A DNA stretch of 64,000 nt, from assembly GCA_964484005.1 (NCBI GenBank), contig CAZADR010000001.1, positions 43,927-107,926 of the forward strand, given 5' to 3'. Positions 45,079 through 54,398 of the stretch are shown here, piece after piece (the first letter of the stretch is position 1; every line of letters begins with the position of its first letter). The position numbers and the translations under genes were made by a program. The notes beneath the pieces were generated by a model that ran no database searches, was not told the DNA's origin, and worked only from the letters and a program-made list of their open reading frames with translations. The DNA comes from an uncultured Candidatus Saccharibacteria bacterium (GTDB lineage: Bacteria; Patescibacteriota; Minisyncoccia; Phycocordibacterales; UBA9973).

Positions 45079-45837
45079 CTACCTCATCCCTGTGCATTGA
45101 TTTGGAAAATAAACTTCTTTTGGTGCTTGTATCTCCCAGAAAAGAGGAGGTTGTTCGCATATTTCTATGCGGTAAACTGATACTGTCCGTCCGTCTTTGT
45201 TCTCCTCATATTTGTGATGGAAAACAGACAAACCTTTTGGTTTTTTTACACGAATACAGTTTTGTTTCTGTTTCTGAAGTTTTGGTAATTTCTCCAGCCA
45301 GCTTTGCAAGAGCTCTTGCTGTTCTTCGTTTGGCGGAGGGCCCAGCTTGCTCTTGAATCTAGAATTGGGACCTTGCAGGGTAAAGCTCACTGATTCCGCA
45401 AAATCGCCAGCTCCGGTGCTGAAATCGGTGTGCCTAGATTCTGGGTACCAGGGTGTGTACGGAGACAGGTTCCTAACAGAGAGCCACTTTGCTCTTAGTT
45501 CTGGAGTCAGGTACGTGTAGTCGAAGGCATGCGCCAATTCATGCACCATAGTGGCTGCGACCTGAGAAGGAGAGTGTTCTGGACGAATCCAAATTGTAAT
45601 ACTCTTTGCTTCTCCGGGGTTAGTCATCCCCAGGTAACCCTTCCTACCAGGAGCAAAAATTACTTCCTTCCATCCTTCCGGGCGCCAAACGAGACGTACC
45701 TCTTTTGTGGCCAGGTTTCCAAGTTCCTGGTGAGCATGTGTCTTTCCTTTTGAATCTTTCCAGGGTTCAGCCGGAGAGGAAGATAGAGCAAACAGCAATA
45801 GAATAGTTGTCAAAGTACCAAGGATTGCTCGTCGCAT
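45079..45837 (-). CDS. Secreted HExxH zinc-metallopeptidase-like protein, GC-elevated (about 48%)
   Basis: Signal peptide. MVHELAHAFDY is the HExxH motif. Confidence 0.5.
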   Translation of the reverse strand: MRRAILGTLTTILLLFALSSSPAEPWKDSKGKTHAHQELGNLATKEVRLVWRPEGWKEVIFAPGRKGYLGMTNPGEAKSITIWIRPEHSPSQVAATMVHELAHAFDYTYLTPELRAKWLSVRNLSPYTPWYPESRHTDFSTGAGDFAESVSFTLQGPNSRFKSKLGPPPNEEQQELLQSWLEKLPKLQKQKQNCIRVKKPKGLSVFHHKYEENKDGRTVSVYRIEICEQPPLFWEIQAPKEVYFPNQCTGMR

Positions 45838-45930
45838 TTGCTTCCTCCTTTTTTGTTAGTCTATTCCAAATATCACAAGAGCACAATAGCTTAAAAAAGA
45901 AGAAAAAAGTGTTATAATTTTATCTATAAT

Positions 45931-46317
45931 ATGAAAAAAGTAATCTTTATCTTTTTTATTGCGTTTATTTTAAATTTAATTTGGGAAAATTTACATTCAG
46001 TTTTGTATGTTAATTATAAAGGAGGAGAAATAACTCAGTTTATACTTCTTCGCGCCACTCTATCCGATGCTATTTATATTGTCTTTATGGTTTTTCCTTT
46101 TATTGTTTTTCCAACTCTAAAAAATAAAGATTGGTTGGTAGTTATTTTGGGATTTATTATTTCCATCAGCATAGAATATTATGCACTTTCTACTGGAAGA
46201 TGGGCTTATAATTCTATGATGCCGATCATTCCATTTCTGGGGGTGGGCCTGACACCGACTATCCAACTCGGTATTCTCGGGTATATTTCGATTAGATTGG
46301 AAGAAAAATTCTCCTAA
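45931..46317 (+). CDS. Hypothetical polytopic membrane protein
   Basis: ORF with 3-4 transmembrane helices. Confidence 0.4.
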   Translation: MKKVIFIFFIAFILNLIWENLHSVLYVNYKGGEITQFILLRATLSDAIYIVFMVFPFIVFPTLKNKDWLVVILGFIISISIEYYALSTGRWAYNSMMPIIPFLGVGLTPTIQLGILGYISIRLEEKFS

Positions 46318-46349
46318 CGAGGACGGTTCTCACTACTTTTATCCATAAA

Positions 46350-46380
46350 AAAAGAGGCATTCTTTCGAATGCCTCTTTTG
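46350..46380. terminator. Bidirectional terminator
   Basis: aaagaggcattc-tttc-gaatgcctcttt. Confidence 0.5.
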
Positions 46381-46400
46381 CCGTAGGATACCGCTACAGT

Positions 46401-47012
46401 TCAGTAAGAGCCGAATCCCGGACGAGACGGGCTCTTGTAGAGGACGCCGTGGTCGCCGGTGCCGGAGTCGTTGTAGACTTCCAGCAATACGACGAACTCA
46501 CCCCAGATGGCGGGACCGATGACGACGCCGTCGGCACCGACCCAGTTGCCGCTGATCAGAGTTGCGTCGGCCGGGGCTGCGACGATCTTGACGAAGTAGT
46601 TCCACTTCGCCGTCTTGCCGTCGGTATCTTCGTACTCGCCTTTCGTGTGGTTCGTGAGCCAGGCGCCGGAGCCGATGTACGAAGGATAACCGTAATGCCG
46701 GTCTAGCTTGTTGTCGCTGTCACAGTCCTTGTTGGACAGCCACGCGCTATTCCACTTCATCACCAGGTTGTCGTTCGCGTATGCTTGGCACCAGGCGGCG
46801 TTGCGATAGGCGTCACAGTAAGTGCCGTTGAACATCATGGCCTGGTAGTTGTATCCCCACTGGTCGTAACCAGTGGTGATGACGTTACCGGCGCCGTCGA
46901 GGATGATGTCATCCTGGATGGTGGCACATGTCTGTGCCGACGCCGTGGTCGCAGTGTTGAACACCAACAACACGAATAACGATAAGACAAAGAACTTCAA
47001 GAACTTTTTCAT
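46401..47012 (-). CDS. Secreted protein of unknown function encoded by a strongly GC-rich gene (about 60% GC) with an AT-rich signal-peptide segment; uses a TGA stop
   Basis: Signal peptide MKKFLKFFVLSLFVLLVFNTATTASA. The mature part is rich in G/Y/W/N/D. No family recognised. Composition is sharply different from the host. Confidence 0.55.
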   Translation of the reverse strand: MKKFLKFFVLSLFVLLVFNTATTASAQTCATIQDDIILDGAGNVITTGYDQWGYNYQAMMFNGTYCDAYRNAAWCQAYANDNLVMKWNSAWLSNKDCDSDNKLDRHYGYPSYIGSGAWLTNHTKGEYEDTDGKTAKWNYFVKIVAAPADATLISGNWVGADGVVIGPAIWGEFVVLLEVYNDSGTGDHGVLYKSPSRPGFGSY

Positions 47013-47175
47013 TTATAATCTCCTATGACTAAGTAATCTCTTAAGTTCAGAGACACTTGACACATTGAAGCATTATATCTATTAATATTAAATAGTCAAG
47101 AATAGGAAAGGGAATAGGAAATTTAAATAAATTATAGTATAATACAATTTATATTATTAAATAACATATCAATTT

Positions 47176-47301
47176 ATGGCAAAAAGAGGAACCACACTTA
47201 GCCCAAAAAAGAAATCAAGACGATCTCACAAAACCAAGAAGAGACTCGAGATAAAGAGAACGATGCTCGCTAAAAAGTCTAAAAACAAGAAACGCGGATA
47301 A
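47176..47301 (+). CDS. 41-aa highly basic small protein (ribosomal-protein-like); not in the supplied ORF track
   Basis: MAKRGTTLSPKKKSRRSHKTKKRLEIKRTMLAKKSKNKKRG, followed by a clean terminator at 47331-47362. Identity uncertain. Confidence 0.3.
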   Translation: MAKRGTTLSPKKKSRRSHKTKKRLEIKRTMLAKKSKNKKRG

Positions 47302-47330
47302 AATTAAGAAAAAACCTTGATATTGTCTAG

Positions 47331-47362
47331 CAAAATACCCCTATTTTAGGGGTATTTTTTGT
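47331..47362 (+). terminator. Rho-independent terminator
   Basis: aaatacccct-atttt-aggggtattt followed by tttt. Confidence 0.55.
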
Positions 47363-47425
47363 GCACCTCTTATGCACCCATTGTGCACTATTTAGCTTGA
47401 CGCTAGGTGTATCAGGGAGTAGATT
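47361..47425 (+). promoter_or_regulatory. Three (G/A)TGCAC direct repeats at 11-bp phasing upstream of a TTGACG-N17-TAGATT promoter-like element for the beta-helix protein gene
   Basis: GTGCAC at 47361, ATGCAC at 47372 and GTGCAC at 47383. TTGACG at 47397-47402 and TAGATT at 47420-47425. Confidence 0.3.
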
Positions 47426-47493
47426 TAGAAAAATGTTCAAATTCTATTAGGTTTTGTTTTTAAAGGTTTAATTATTAGTTTAATAAAAAATAT

Positions 47494-49788
47494 ATGAAAA
47501 AATATTTCTTATCTAGTTTAGGTTTTATGGTTTTAGGTTCTCTCTTGGTCGGACAAAGTGCATTAGCAGCGACAAATCCTGTCACGGGAAGCGTTGGTAG
47601 TATTACGCAAACTGATGCTATTTTGAATGGTACAAATGGAGACACTGATGCTATTGGGCATTCTTTCTGGGTATCTGATTCAACTTTTGCAACAGATTCT
47701 CCAACAATACCTCCAGGAGTTTATTCCACAGTTGATATGGGTGCGATAGCAGCTGGAGCTTCTTTTTCTGCTTCACTAACAAGTGACTTTACTGGATTTC
47801 CAGGAGCTACTGCAAATACTCCCTATTACTTTGCTGCATGGTCAAATGTAAGCGGTACTTGGTATCCAGGTGAAGTTTTAAGTTTTACGACACTTCCTGG
47901 CCCTGTTTTTATTGACACAAACTCAAATTCAGTATTTGATGAAGGAGAATTAGATTTTGACACCATAGAAGCCGCGGTAAGTGCCTCTGTTCCTGGTGAT
48001 ATTATTATTGTAACTGAAGGCCCTTTTGTATTAAATAGCACAATAAATTTAAACAAAGATATTACCTTAAAAGGGATGGGGAATCCACTTATTCAAGTAT
48101 CTGGTTCTAATATTCTTTTTAACGTTTCGGCAACAGGGGTTACAATTCAAGGATTTCAAATTCAGAAGACAGATAAATTGAGTCAAACCTTAATTCACAT
48201 AGCTTCTAGTGATACCACAATAGAAAGTAATGAAATTTTTGGTGATTATGTAGTTGGAGAGGGTGATGTAGCTCGAGCAATGGTTTTACAGGGAGGTCTT
48301 ACTGGTATAAATATTGCAAATAATACTATTCACGATTTACGCCAACCTGCATATGTTAGTGGAGTTACCACAGGAACTGTTTCTAATAATTATGTGTATA
48401 AGACTAAGGGGTGGGTTATAGAACAAGGAGATCTAACTTTTACAGATAACACTTGGGGGGAAGGGGCGAATGCAAACGTATACGACATTGCTATTCTTGC
48501 GACGGTTGGGGCTTCTTATTATACAAATATTCCAGCAATGTCTGCCGCAAACAATGATGCTTCTATAGAAGATCAACGTGGAGTTTCTGCCACTCTTTCT
48601 CTGGTATATGTTGATGGATCAGTGGAGGTGAGTGGAACCGGGACACAAAATAGCCCAAAGAAAACTCTTACAGAAGGGGTGATGCGTGTTGTGGAAGGCG
48701 GAAAGATTGTTCTTCTCTCTAATCTTTCTACTGCTTCAACCGTAGAAATAAATAAATCTTTAACACTCGAAGGTGGAGACAGTACTCTTACTGCTTCTGC
48801 GGGTTTGACGGGTACTGTTCTACTAATTACTTCAAATGATGTGACAGTAAAAAATCTTACTGTGGATGGAGGGGGGCTACCAGTACAAGGGATTCAGGCT
48901 TACAAAGTTACCGGTATCCTTTTGGATAATATAACTGCTCAAAATACTGGAAAGTCTGGCATTATGGTAAACGGCTCTACTTTGACTGTAAATAATGTAG
49001 AAACTCTTAACAATAACTGGCACGGAATAAACGTAGATCAAGGTTCAGGAGTTACTACTCTTGCAGAACTTACAGTAAATGGCACAAGTGTCCATACTGA
49101 AGTAGGCCCAGATATATTCGTAGATAACAATACAAAAGGATCTGTTGTGGATAATAATGACCAATATAGTACTGTTCCGGTGGGTCTTGGGACGGCTTAC
49201 TACCTTTTTACTAAATTTACTCTTACCTATATTGCAGGTGCTAATGGCTCAATAACAGGAAACTTGTCTCAAGACGTGATTGAAGGACAAGACGGAACAA
49301 CCGTTACTGCGGTTGCTAATGACGGATATCATTTTGATAGTTGGAGTGACGGACTTACTACAGCTGCTAGAACTGATACGAATGTAACTGGAGCACTTTC
49401 ATTTACTGCGAATTTTGCAATAGATCAATCTTCTGGTGGTAATAGTGGAAGCAGGAGAGCCACTCCTGCTACTCCTGCAACCCCAGCTGTTCCTGGAGTA
49501 AGTCCCGCAACACCAGCAACACCTGCTACCCCCGGTCAGGTTCTCGGTGCGGAGAAGTTTATCTTTACACTTTTCTTGAAAAAAGGTCCACCCTATAATG
49601 TAGGTACACAGGGGAATGAAGTCATGGAACTTCAGAAATTCTTGAATGCAGCAGGTTTTGGTATATTGGCAGTTGATGGGAAATTTGGACCATTAACCGA
49701 AGCGGCTGTTATCAAATTCCAATTAGCAAATGGACTCGTAGGAGATGGAATAGTAGGACCTCTCACTAGAGCAGTGTTGAATAAATAA
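47494..49788 (+). CDS. Secreted right-handed beta-helix (pectate-lyase-fold-like) protein with a PT-rich linker and a C-terminal peptidoglycan-binding domain
   Basis: Signal peptide. Repeated NNTIHD / SNNYVY / TDNTWG beta-helix rungs. ATPATPATPAVPGVSPATPATPATPG linker. C-terminal GNEVMELQKFLNAAGF...DGKFGPLTEAAVIKFQ (PG_binding_1). Confidence 0.7.
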   Translation: MKKYFLSSLGFMVLGSLLVGQSALAATNPVTGSVGSITQTDAILNGTNGDTDAIGHSFWVSDSTFATDSPTIPPGVYSTVDMGAIAAGASFSASLTSDFTGFPGATANTPYYFAAWSNVSGTWYPGEVLSFTTLPGPVFIDTNSNSVFDEGELDFDTIEAAVSASVPGDIIIVTEGPFVLNSTINLNKDITLKGMGNPLIQVSGSNILFNVSATGVTIQGFQIQKTDKLSQTLIHIASSDTTIESNEIFGDYVVGEGDVARAMVLQGGLTGINIANNTIHDLRQPAYVSGVTTGTVSNNYVYKTKGWVIEQGDLTFTDNTWGEGANANVYDIAILATVGASYYTNIPAMSAANNDASIEDQRGVSATLSLVYVDGSVEVSGTGTQNSPKKTLTEGVMRVVEGGKIVLLSNLSTASTVEINKSLTLEGGDSTLTASAGLTGTVLLITSNDVTVKNLTVDGGGLPVQGIQAYKVTGILLDNITAQNTGKSGIMVNGSTLTVNNVETLNNNWHGINVDQGSGVTTLAELTVNGTSVHTEVGPDIFVDNNTKGSVVDNNDQYSTVPVGLGTAYYLFTKFTLTYIAGANGSITGNLSQDVIEGQDGTTVTAVANDGYHFDSWSDGLTTAARTDTNVTGALSFTANFAIDQSSGGNSGSRRATPATPATPAVPGVSPATPATPATPGQVLGAEKFIFTLFLKKGPPYNVGTQGNEVMELQKFLNAAGFGILAVDGKFGPLTEAAVIKFQLANGLVGDGIVGPLTRAVLNK

Positions 49789-49804
49789 AAAAGAAATTCT
49801 TTTT

Positions 49805-49840
49805 CAAAACCCCATCTTTACAGATGGGGTTTTGTTTGTT
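49805..49840 (+). terminator. Rho-independent terminator
   Basis: aaaaccccatct-ttaca-gatggggtttt followed by gtttgtt. Confidence 0.55.
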
Positions 49841-49851
49841 ATAATAGTCCA

Positions 49852-50820
49852 ATGTTTCATTGGTTTAAAAAGCATTTTATACCGCACGAAGACAATAACC
49901 ATCGTCCGCATCTGTTGCGAGAGTCCAGTATTAAAAATATTATTGTGATTGTTCTTTTTTTGGAAATAATTACTTTTTTAATACCAACTCTGTCTCACAT
50001 AAACATCACCGGAGGAATGGCGGCAGTGTTGCCAGCGATATTGTCTGACCTTACAAATAGTGAAAGACAAACACAAAATTTAAAAACTCTTACAGTAAGT
50101 CCAGTTTTAAATAAAGCGGCAGAAATGAAAGCTTTGGATATGGCTACAAATAGTTACTTTGCTCATACTAGCCCTGAAGGAAAAACTCCATGGTATTGGC
50201 TTGAAAAAGTTGGATATAAATATCAGTATGCCGGAGAAAACCTGGCTGTTAATTTTAGTGATTCCAAGGATGTGACAAATGCTTGGATGAAAAGTCCTAC
50301 TCATAAAGCAAATATTATAAAAGGGAATTATACAGAAGTCGGTACCGGGATTGCAAATGGTTTATACCAAGGAGTGGAGACGGTGTTTGTCGTGCAAGTG
50401 TATGCAAACCCTCTTTTGAGTGTAAAAATAATAGAACCAACAAATACAGAAGCTAAAACAATTAAAGAAGTATCAAAAATTGAACCTCCTAAAGAAGAGA
50501 TAAATATTCTCGGGGCAGAAGTTGTGGCTGATACAGAAAATATCACAAGTACACAAATTCAAAATTCAACATTTTGGCAAAAAATACTTGCTTCACCTCG
50601 CAACACCATGAATATAATTTTATTTGCCGTTTTGATGATTATTGCTTTTGCCTTGGCTCTATATATGTTTATAAAAATTAAACATTATCATTTTGATTTG
50701 ATTACTAATGGATTAATTGTTCTCGCTATTTTGGGAGTTATTTTTGTTGGAAATTATTACTGGAGCAATAGTCAAATGGTTGTTTCAAAAAGTTTCGATT
50801 ATTCGGTTGAAAACAAATAA
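49852..50820 (+). CDS. CAP / SCP (cysteine-rich secretory protein) domain protein flanked by N- and C-terminal transmembrane helices
   Basis: NSYFAHTSPEGKTPWYWL...YAGENLAV...AWMKSPTHKANII matches the CAP-domain signatures. Confidence 0.7.
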   Translation: MFHWFKKHFIPHEDNNHRPHLLRESSIKNIIVIVLFLEIITFLIPTLSHINITGGMAAVLPAILSDLTNSERQTQNLKTLTVSPVLNKAAEMKALDMATNSYFAHTSPEGKTPWYWLEKVGYKYQYAGENLAVNFSDSKDVTNAWMKSPTHKANIIKGNYTEVGTGIANGLYQGVETVFVVQVYANPLLSVKIIEPTNTEAKTIKEVSKIEPPKEEINILGAEVVADTENITSTQIQNSTFWQKILASPRNTMNIILFAVLMIIAFALALYMFIKIKHYHFDLITNGLIVLAILGVIFVGNYYWSNSQMVVSKSFDYSVENK

Positions 50821-50844
50821 TTCTTTTTTAATTTTTAATTTCTA

Positions 50845-52014
50845 ATGCAAAATAAATCGTTTAAAATTCATCCTGATGTTCTCAAGTTGGGTACGGTGAG
50901 TTTTTTGACTGACATTAGTTCAGAGGCTATATTTTCAGTATTTTCTGTGTTTTTCACAGTTATTGTGGGTGCTCCTGCTTCTTTGCTTGGATTAATAGAA
51001 GGTATCGCAGATTTTTCTGCCTCATCTCTGGATTATTTTGCGGGCTGGCTTTCTGATAAATCAGGAAAAAGAAAACAGCTCACTTTGTTTGGCTATGGTT
51101 TTTCAACCATAGCGAAATTGATGCTTTTGGTGGGTACTTCAGTCACTGCCCTTGCTTCATTTAGAATAATAGAACGTATTGGTAAAAGTTTTCGTGGTCC
51201 ACCTAGGGATGCTTGGCTCTCTGCTGTGGCCGAAGAATCCACTAGGGGATACACTTTTGCTGTTCACAAAGCTATGGATAAAGCAGGAGCGGTGTTGGGA
51301 CCACTGGTAGCTTATTTTCTTCTTTTGTATTTGGGGCAGAGTTTGAATACTTTTCGTATTATTTTTATTGTTTCTCTTTTTACTGCAGTCGCTGCGGTAG
51401 TAGTCCTCGCTTTGATGAAAGATAGGCCAGGGATTCCACACGAAAGAGAAAATATTTTCAAAGCTTGGGGAACATTGAGTCCGAAGTTTAAAAGTTACCT
51501 TATACCGGCAGGGATTTTTTCTTTGGCTTATTTTAGTTTTGGGTTTTTATTATTGAGAGCCTATGATATTGGTTTTGCTATCAAAGATGTAGTGCTTTTA
51601 TATGCTCTTTTTAATGTTTCTTTTGTATTTATTTCTATACCGATAGGCAAACTGGGTGATTATATTGGGCGTCGATATATCATCGTTCTCGGATATCTAA
51701 TTTATATAATTATGAATTTAGGTTTTATCTTTGCGACAAAAAAATGGGAAGTTGTCGTTTTGTTTTTGTTGTTTGGTATTTTTTATAGTATAGATGAAGC
51801 CCAAGGTAAGGCATTTATAACAGATATAGAAAAAGACAGGAGGGCTACTGCGATAGGGGCTTACAACTTTGTCGTTGGTCTCATATACCTACTCGCTTCT
51901 GTAATCGCAGGCTTACTTTGGGTCATAAACCCTATTTTTGCCTTTATTTTTGCTGTAATAATAACCGTTATCGCAATGTTTGTCTTTATGTCTATTTTTT
52001 GGCGAAAAGTTTAA
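50845..52014 (+). CDS. Major-facilitator-superfamily transporter
   Basis: 12 predicted transmembrane helices. MFS-like GxxxDKxGKR (LSDKSGKRK) loop motif. Confidence 0.7.
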   Translation: MQNKSFKIHPDVLKLGTVSFLTDISSEAIFSVFSVFFTVIVGAPASLLGLIEGIADFSASSLDYFAGWLSDKSGKRKQLTLFGYGFSTIAKLMLLVGTSVTALASFRIIERIGKSFRGPPRDAWLSAVAEESTRGYTFAVHKAMDKAGAVLGPLVAYFLLLYLGQSLNTFRIIFIVSLFTAVAAVVVLALMKDRPGIPHERENIFKAWGTLSPKFKSYLIPAGIFSLAYFSFGFLLLRAYDIGFAIKDVVLLYALFNVSFVFISIPIGKLGDYIGRRYIIVLGYLIYIIMNLGFIFATKKWEVVVLFLLFGIFYSIDEAQGKAFITDIEKDRRATAIGAYNFVVGLIYLLASVIAGLLWVINPIFAFIFAVIITVIAMFVFMSIFWRKV

Positions 52015-52050
52015 CTTTTTTTAAAGAAGTTTTTGTGATAAAATAGGGTT

Positions 52051-52725
52051 ATGGAAAACTTAAAAAATAACAGTGTTTGGATTATTAGCTCGGTGTTGTT
52101 GGTTTTTTCTATAATTTTCTTTTTCTCTGCTCAAGCTTTTTCTGATCAAGGCTCATTTGTCGAGGTAAAAGGATTGTCTGAAAGGATAGTCAAAGCAGAT
52201 GTCGCAATTTGGTCAATCAATTTTGAAGTAAAATCAAACAACATAGATACTCTTTATGCAGATATTGAAAAAAATATAAATAGTATAAAAGAATTTCTTT
52301 TAGAAAAAGACTTTGAAGATTCAGAGATAAGTATTGCCCCAGTAAATATTTATCAAGACACATATAAAGAAGCTTTGTTTAGATACAATTCCACTACCCA
52401 GCTTTCTGTTTACACTAAAAAAGTTGATAAAGTTAGGTCTGCCTCCAAAGACACACTGCTTTTGGTAAAGAAGGGAGTGACCCTAAATCAAAATTATATA
52501 ACTTTTGAATTTTCAGACATCAACAGCATTAAGCCAGAGATGCTCGCTGAGGCAATCAAAAATGCCAGAGCTTCCGCGGAACAATTTGCCACTGAATCAG
52601 GCTCTCGCCTTGGCTCTATTTCTCGTGGAAATCAGGGAGTATTTGATATTTCTGATAAAGATCCAGGTTCTCCTGAGTACAAGAAAATTCGAGTGGTTTC
52701 TAGTTTGAGATTTTTACTTAAATAA
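52051..52725 (+). CDS. SIMPL-domain (DUF541) protein
   Basis: N-terminal transmembrane helix. VKGLSERIVKADVAIWSINFEVKS... is typical of SIMPL/BP26-like proteins. Confidence 0.6.
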   Translation: MENLKNNSVWIISSVLLVFSIIFFFSAQAFSDQGSFVEVKGLSERIVKADVAIWSINFEVKSNNIDTLYADIEKNINSIKEFLLEKDFEDSEISIAPVNIYQDTYKEALFRYNSTTQLSVYTKKVDKVRSASKDTLLLVKKGVTLNQNYITFEFSDINSIKPEMLAEAIKNARASAEQFATESGSRLGSISRGNQGVFDISDKDPGSPEYKKIRVVSSLRFLLK

Positions 52726-52743
52726 AAATATTTTACTATAGTT

Positions 52744-53247
52744 ATGAAAAAGAAGACTCCTATAAAAAAATCTAAGAAAGTCATAATGGTAAGCGGGGGG
52801 TTTGATCCAGTACATGTTGGTCATTTAGACATGTTTAAAGAAGCAAAAGAGCTCGGAGATGAACTCGTTGTGGTTGTAAATAACGATAATTGGAAAAAAG
52901 CAAAAAGGCGTTATGTTTTTATGCCGGACCAAGATCGCAGGGAAATAATAGAAGCCCTAAAGTTTGTTGATAGGGTAGTACTTACCGAACACGAAGATCC
53001 TAAAACCCCGAAAGACATGAGTGTAATAAATGAATTAAAAAAAATTAGGCCACACATTTTTGCCAATGGCGGGGATAGAAACGAAGAAGATGCAAAAGAT
53101 CCCGAATCCTCATTGTTTTACGAAGTAGAGCTTTGTAAAAACTTGGGGATTGAAATGGTTTTTGGTATAGGGAAGAAAGGAAAAATAAGAAGTTCATCAG
53201 ATTTGGTGAAAGAAGCTGCAAAAAAACATAAAAATAAGAAAAAATAA
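52744..53247 (+). CDS. Cytidylyltransferase-family nucleotidyltransferase (TagD / RfaE-domain-II-like)
   Basis: VSGGFDPVHVGHLDMF is the H-x-G-H nucleotidyltransferase motif. Short, about 167 aa. Confidence 0.65.
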   Translation: MKKKTPIKKSKKVIMVSGGFDPVHVGHLDMFKEAKELGDELVVVVNNDNWKKAKRRYVFMPDQDRREIIEALKFVDRVVLTEHEDPKTPKDMSVINELKKIRPHIFANGGDRNEEDAKDPESSLFYEVELCKNLGIEMVFGIGKKGKIRSSSDLVKEAAKKHKNKKK

Positions 53248-53248
53248 A

Positions 53249-54016
53249 ATGCTACCAGATAAAAAAATTTTTGCTTTTGACGTGGATGGAACACTTACCG
53301 TGAGTAAAACTTTGATTACAGAGAGTATGGCGCACTTGATAAAAGAGTTGGTAAAACAAAGAATGGTTCTCGCCATTGCGGGAGGCAGTTTTCATCAGCT
53401 TGAGACGCAGTTTCTCCCTCCATTTTTAAATGATGATTCCATGATGCCCTATATTCGCAACTTTACACTTTTGCCGACAAGTGGAAGTCAAAGATATGAA
53501 TATGATGAGGTAAAAAAAGAATGGCTGATGACCGACAAAGAGCCACTTGATGCAAGGGTAAAAGAGAGAGCTATGAAGCTTTTGCAAGAAGTAATAGATA
53601 ATCCTATTTATGAAATACCCTCAAATCCGATAGGAAATATTATAGAGGACAGAGATACCCAGATTACCTTTACTCCAAATGGACAACAAGCTCCGGTAGA
53701 AATAAAGATGAAGTTTGATCCAGATAAAAAGAAAAGAGAACGCATAAAAGCCATGCTCGAGCCAGAGTTACCAGAAGTTAGTATTTTAATTAATGGAACT
53801 TCTAGTATTGATATACTTCCAAAGGGATTTAATAAGGCGGTAGGGTTAAATAGATATCTGAAAAAAGCAGGTCTTGATAAGTCAGATGTGCTCTTTATAG
53901 GTGATGGTATTTTCCCTGGAGGCAATGATTATTCTGTAATGGAGGCTGGTTTTGACACAATAGCCGTTAAAAACCCTCTTGAGACTGAGGCGATTATAAA
54001 AGGTTGGATTAGCTAA
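53249..54016 (+). CDS. HAD-IIB hydrolase, eukaryotic-type phosphomannomutase-like
   Basis: FAFDVDGTLT is the DxDGT motif. IAGGSFHQLETQF parallels the PMM VGGSD..K..EQLG region. FIGDG near the C-terminus. Confidence 0.6.
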   Translation: MLPDKKIFAFDVDGTLTVSKTLITESMAHLIKELVKQRMVLAIAGGSFHQLETQFLPPFLNDDSMMPYIRNFTLLPTSGSQRYEYDEVKKEWLMTDKEPLDARVKERAMKLLQEVIDNPIYEIPSNPIGNIIEDRDTQITFTPNGQQAPVEIKMKFDPDKKKRERIKAMLEPELPEVSILINGTSSIDILPKGFNKAVGLNRYLKKAGLDKSDVLFIGDGIFPGGNDYSVMEAGFDTIAVKNPLETEAIIKGWIS

Positions 54017-54047
54017 AAAATTATTTAGTTATATAATATAAACATAT

Positions 54048-54398
54048 ATGGCAGAATTTGATATTTATCAAGAAGAAAGGCCCTGGGGAAACTTTCGACA
54101 ATTTACCCACAACTCTCCCTCAACTGTAAAAATCCTTTCTATAAAACCGAATACTTCTTTAAGTTTACAATACCACAACAATAGGGAAGAGTTTTGGAAG
54201 GTGCTTTCTGGGCAACCCGTTGTGACTATTGGTGAGCAAAAAATCAAAGCAAAAGCTGGAGATGAATTTAAAATAGAAAAACTTCAACCACATAGGCTCG
54301 AAGCAGGAGAGGAGGACGTTCAGGTCTTGGAAATAGCTTATGGAAATTTTGAGGAAAGTGATATTATAAGGCTAGAAGATAAATATGGCCGTATCTAA
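54048..54398 (+). CDS. Cupin-domain protein (mannose-6-phosphate-isomerase type-II C-terminal cupin-like)
   Basis: EERPWGNF...LSLQYHNNREEFWKVLSG is a cupin motif. Confidence 0.6.
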   Translation: MAEFDIYQEERPWGNFRQFTHNSPSTVKILSIKPNTSLSLQYHNNREEFWKVLSGQPVVTIGEQKIKAKAGDEFKIEKLQPHRLEAGEEDVQVLEIAYGNFEESDIIRLEDKYGRI

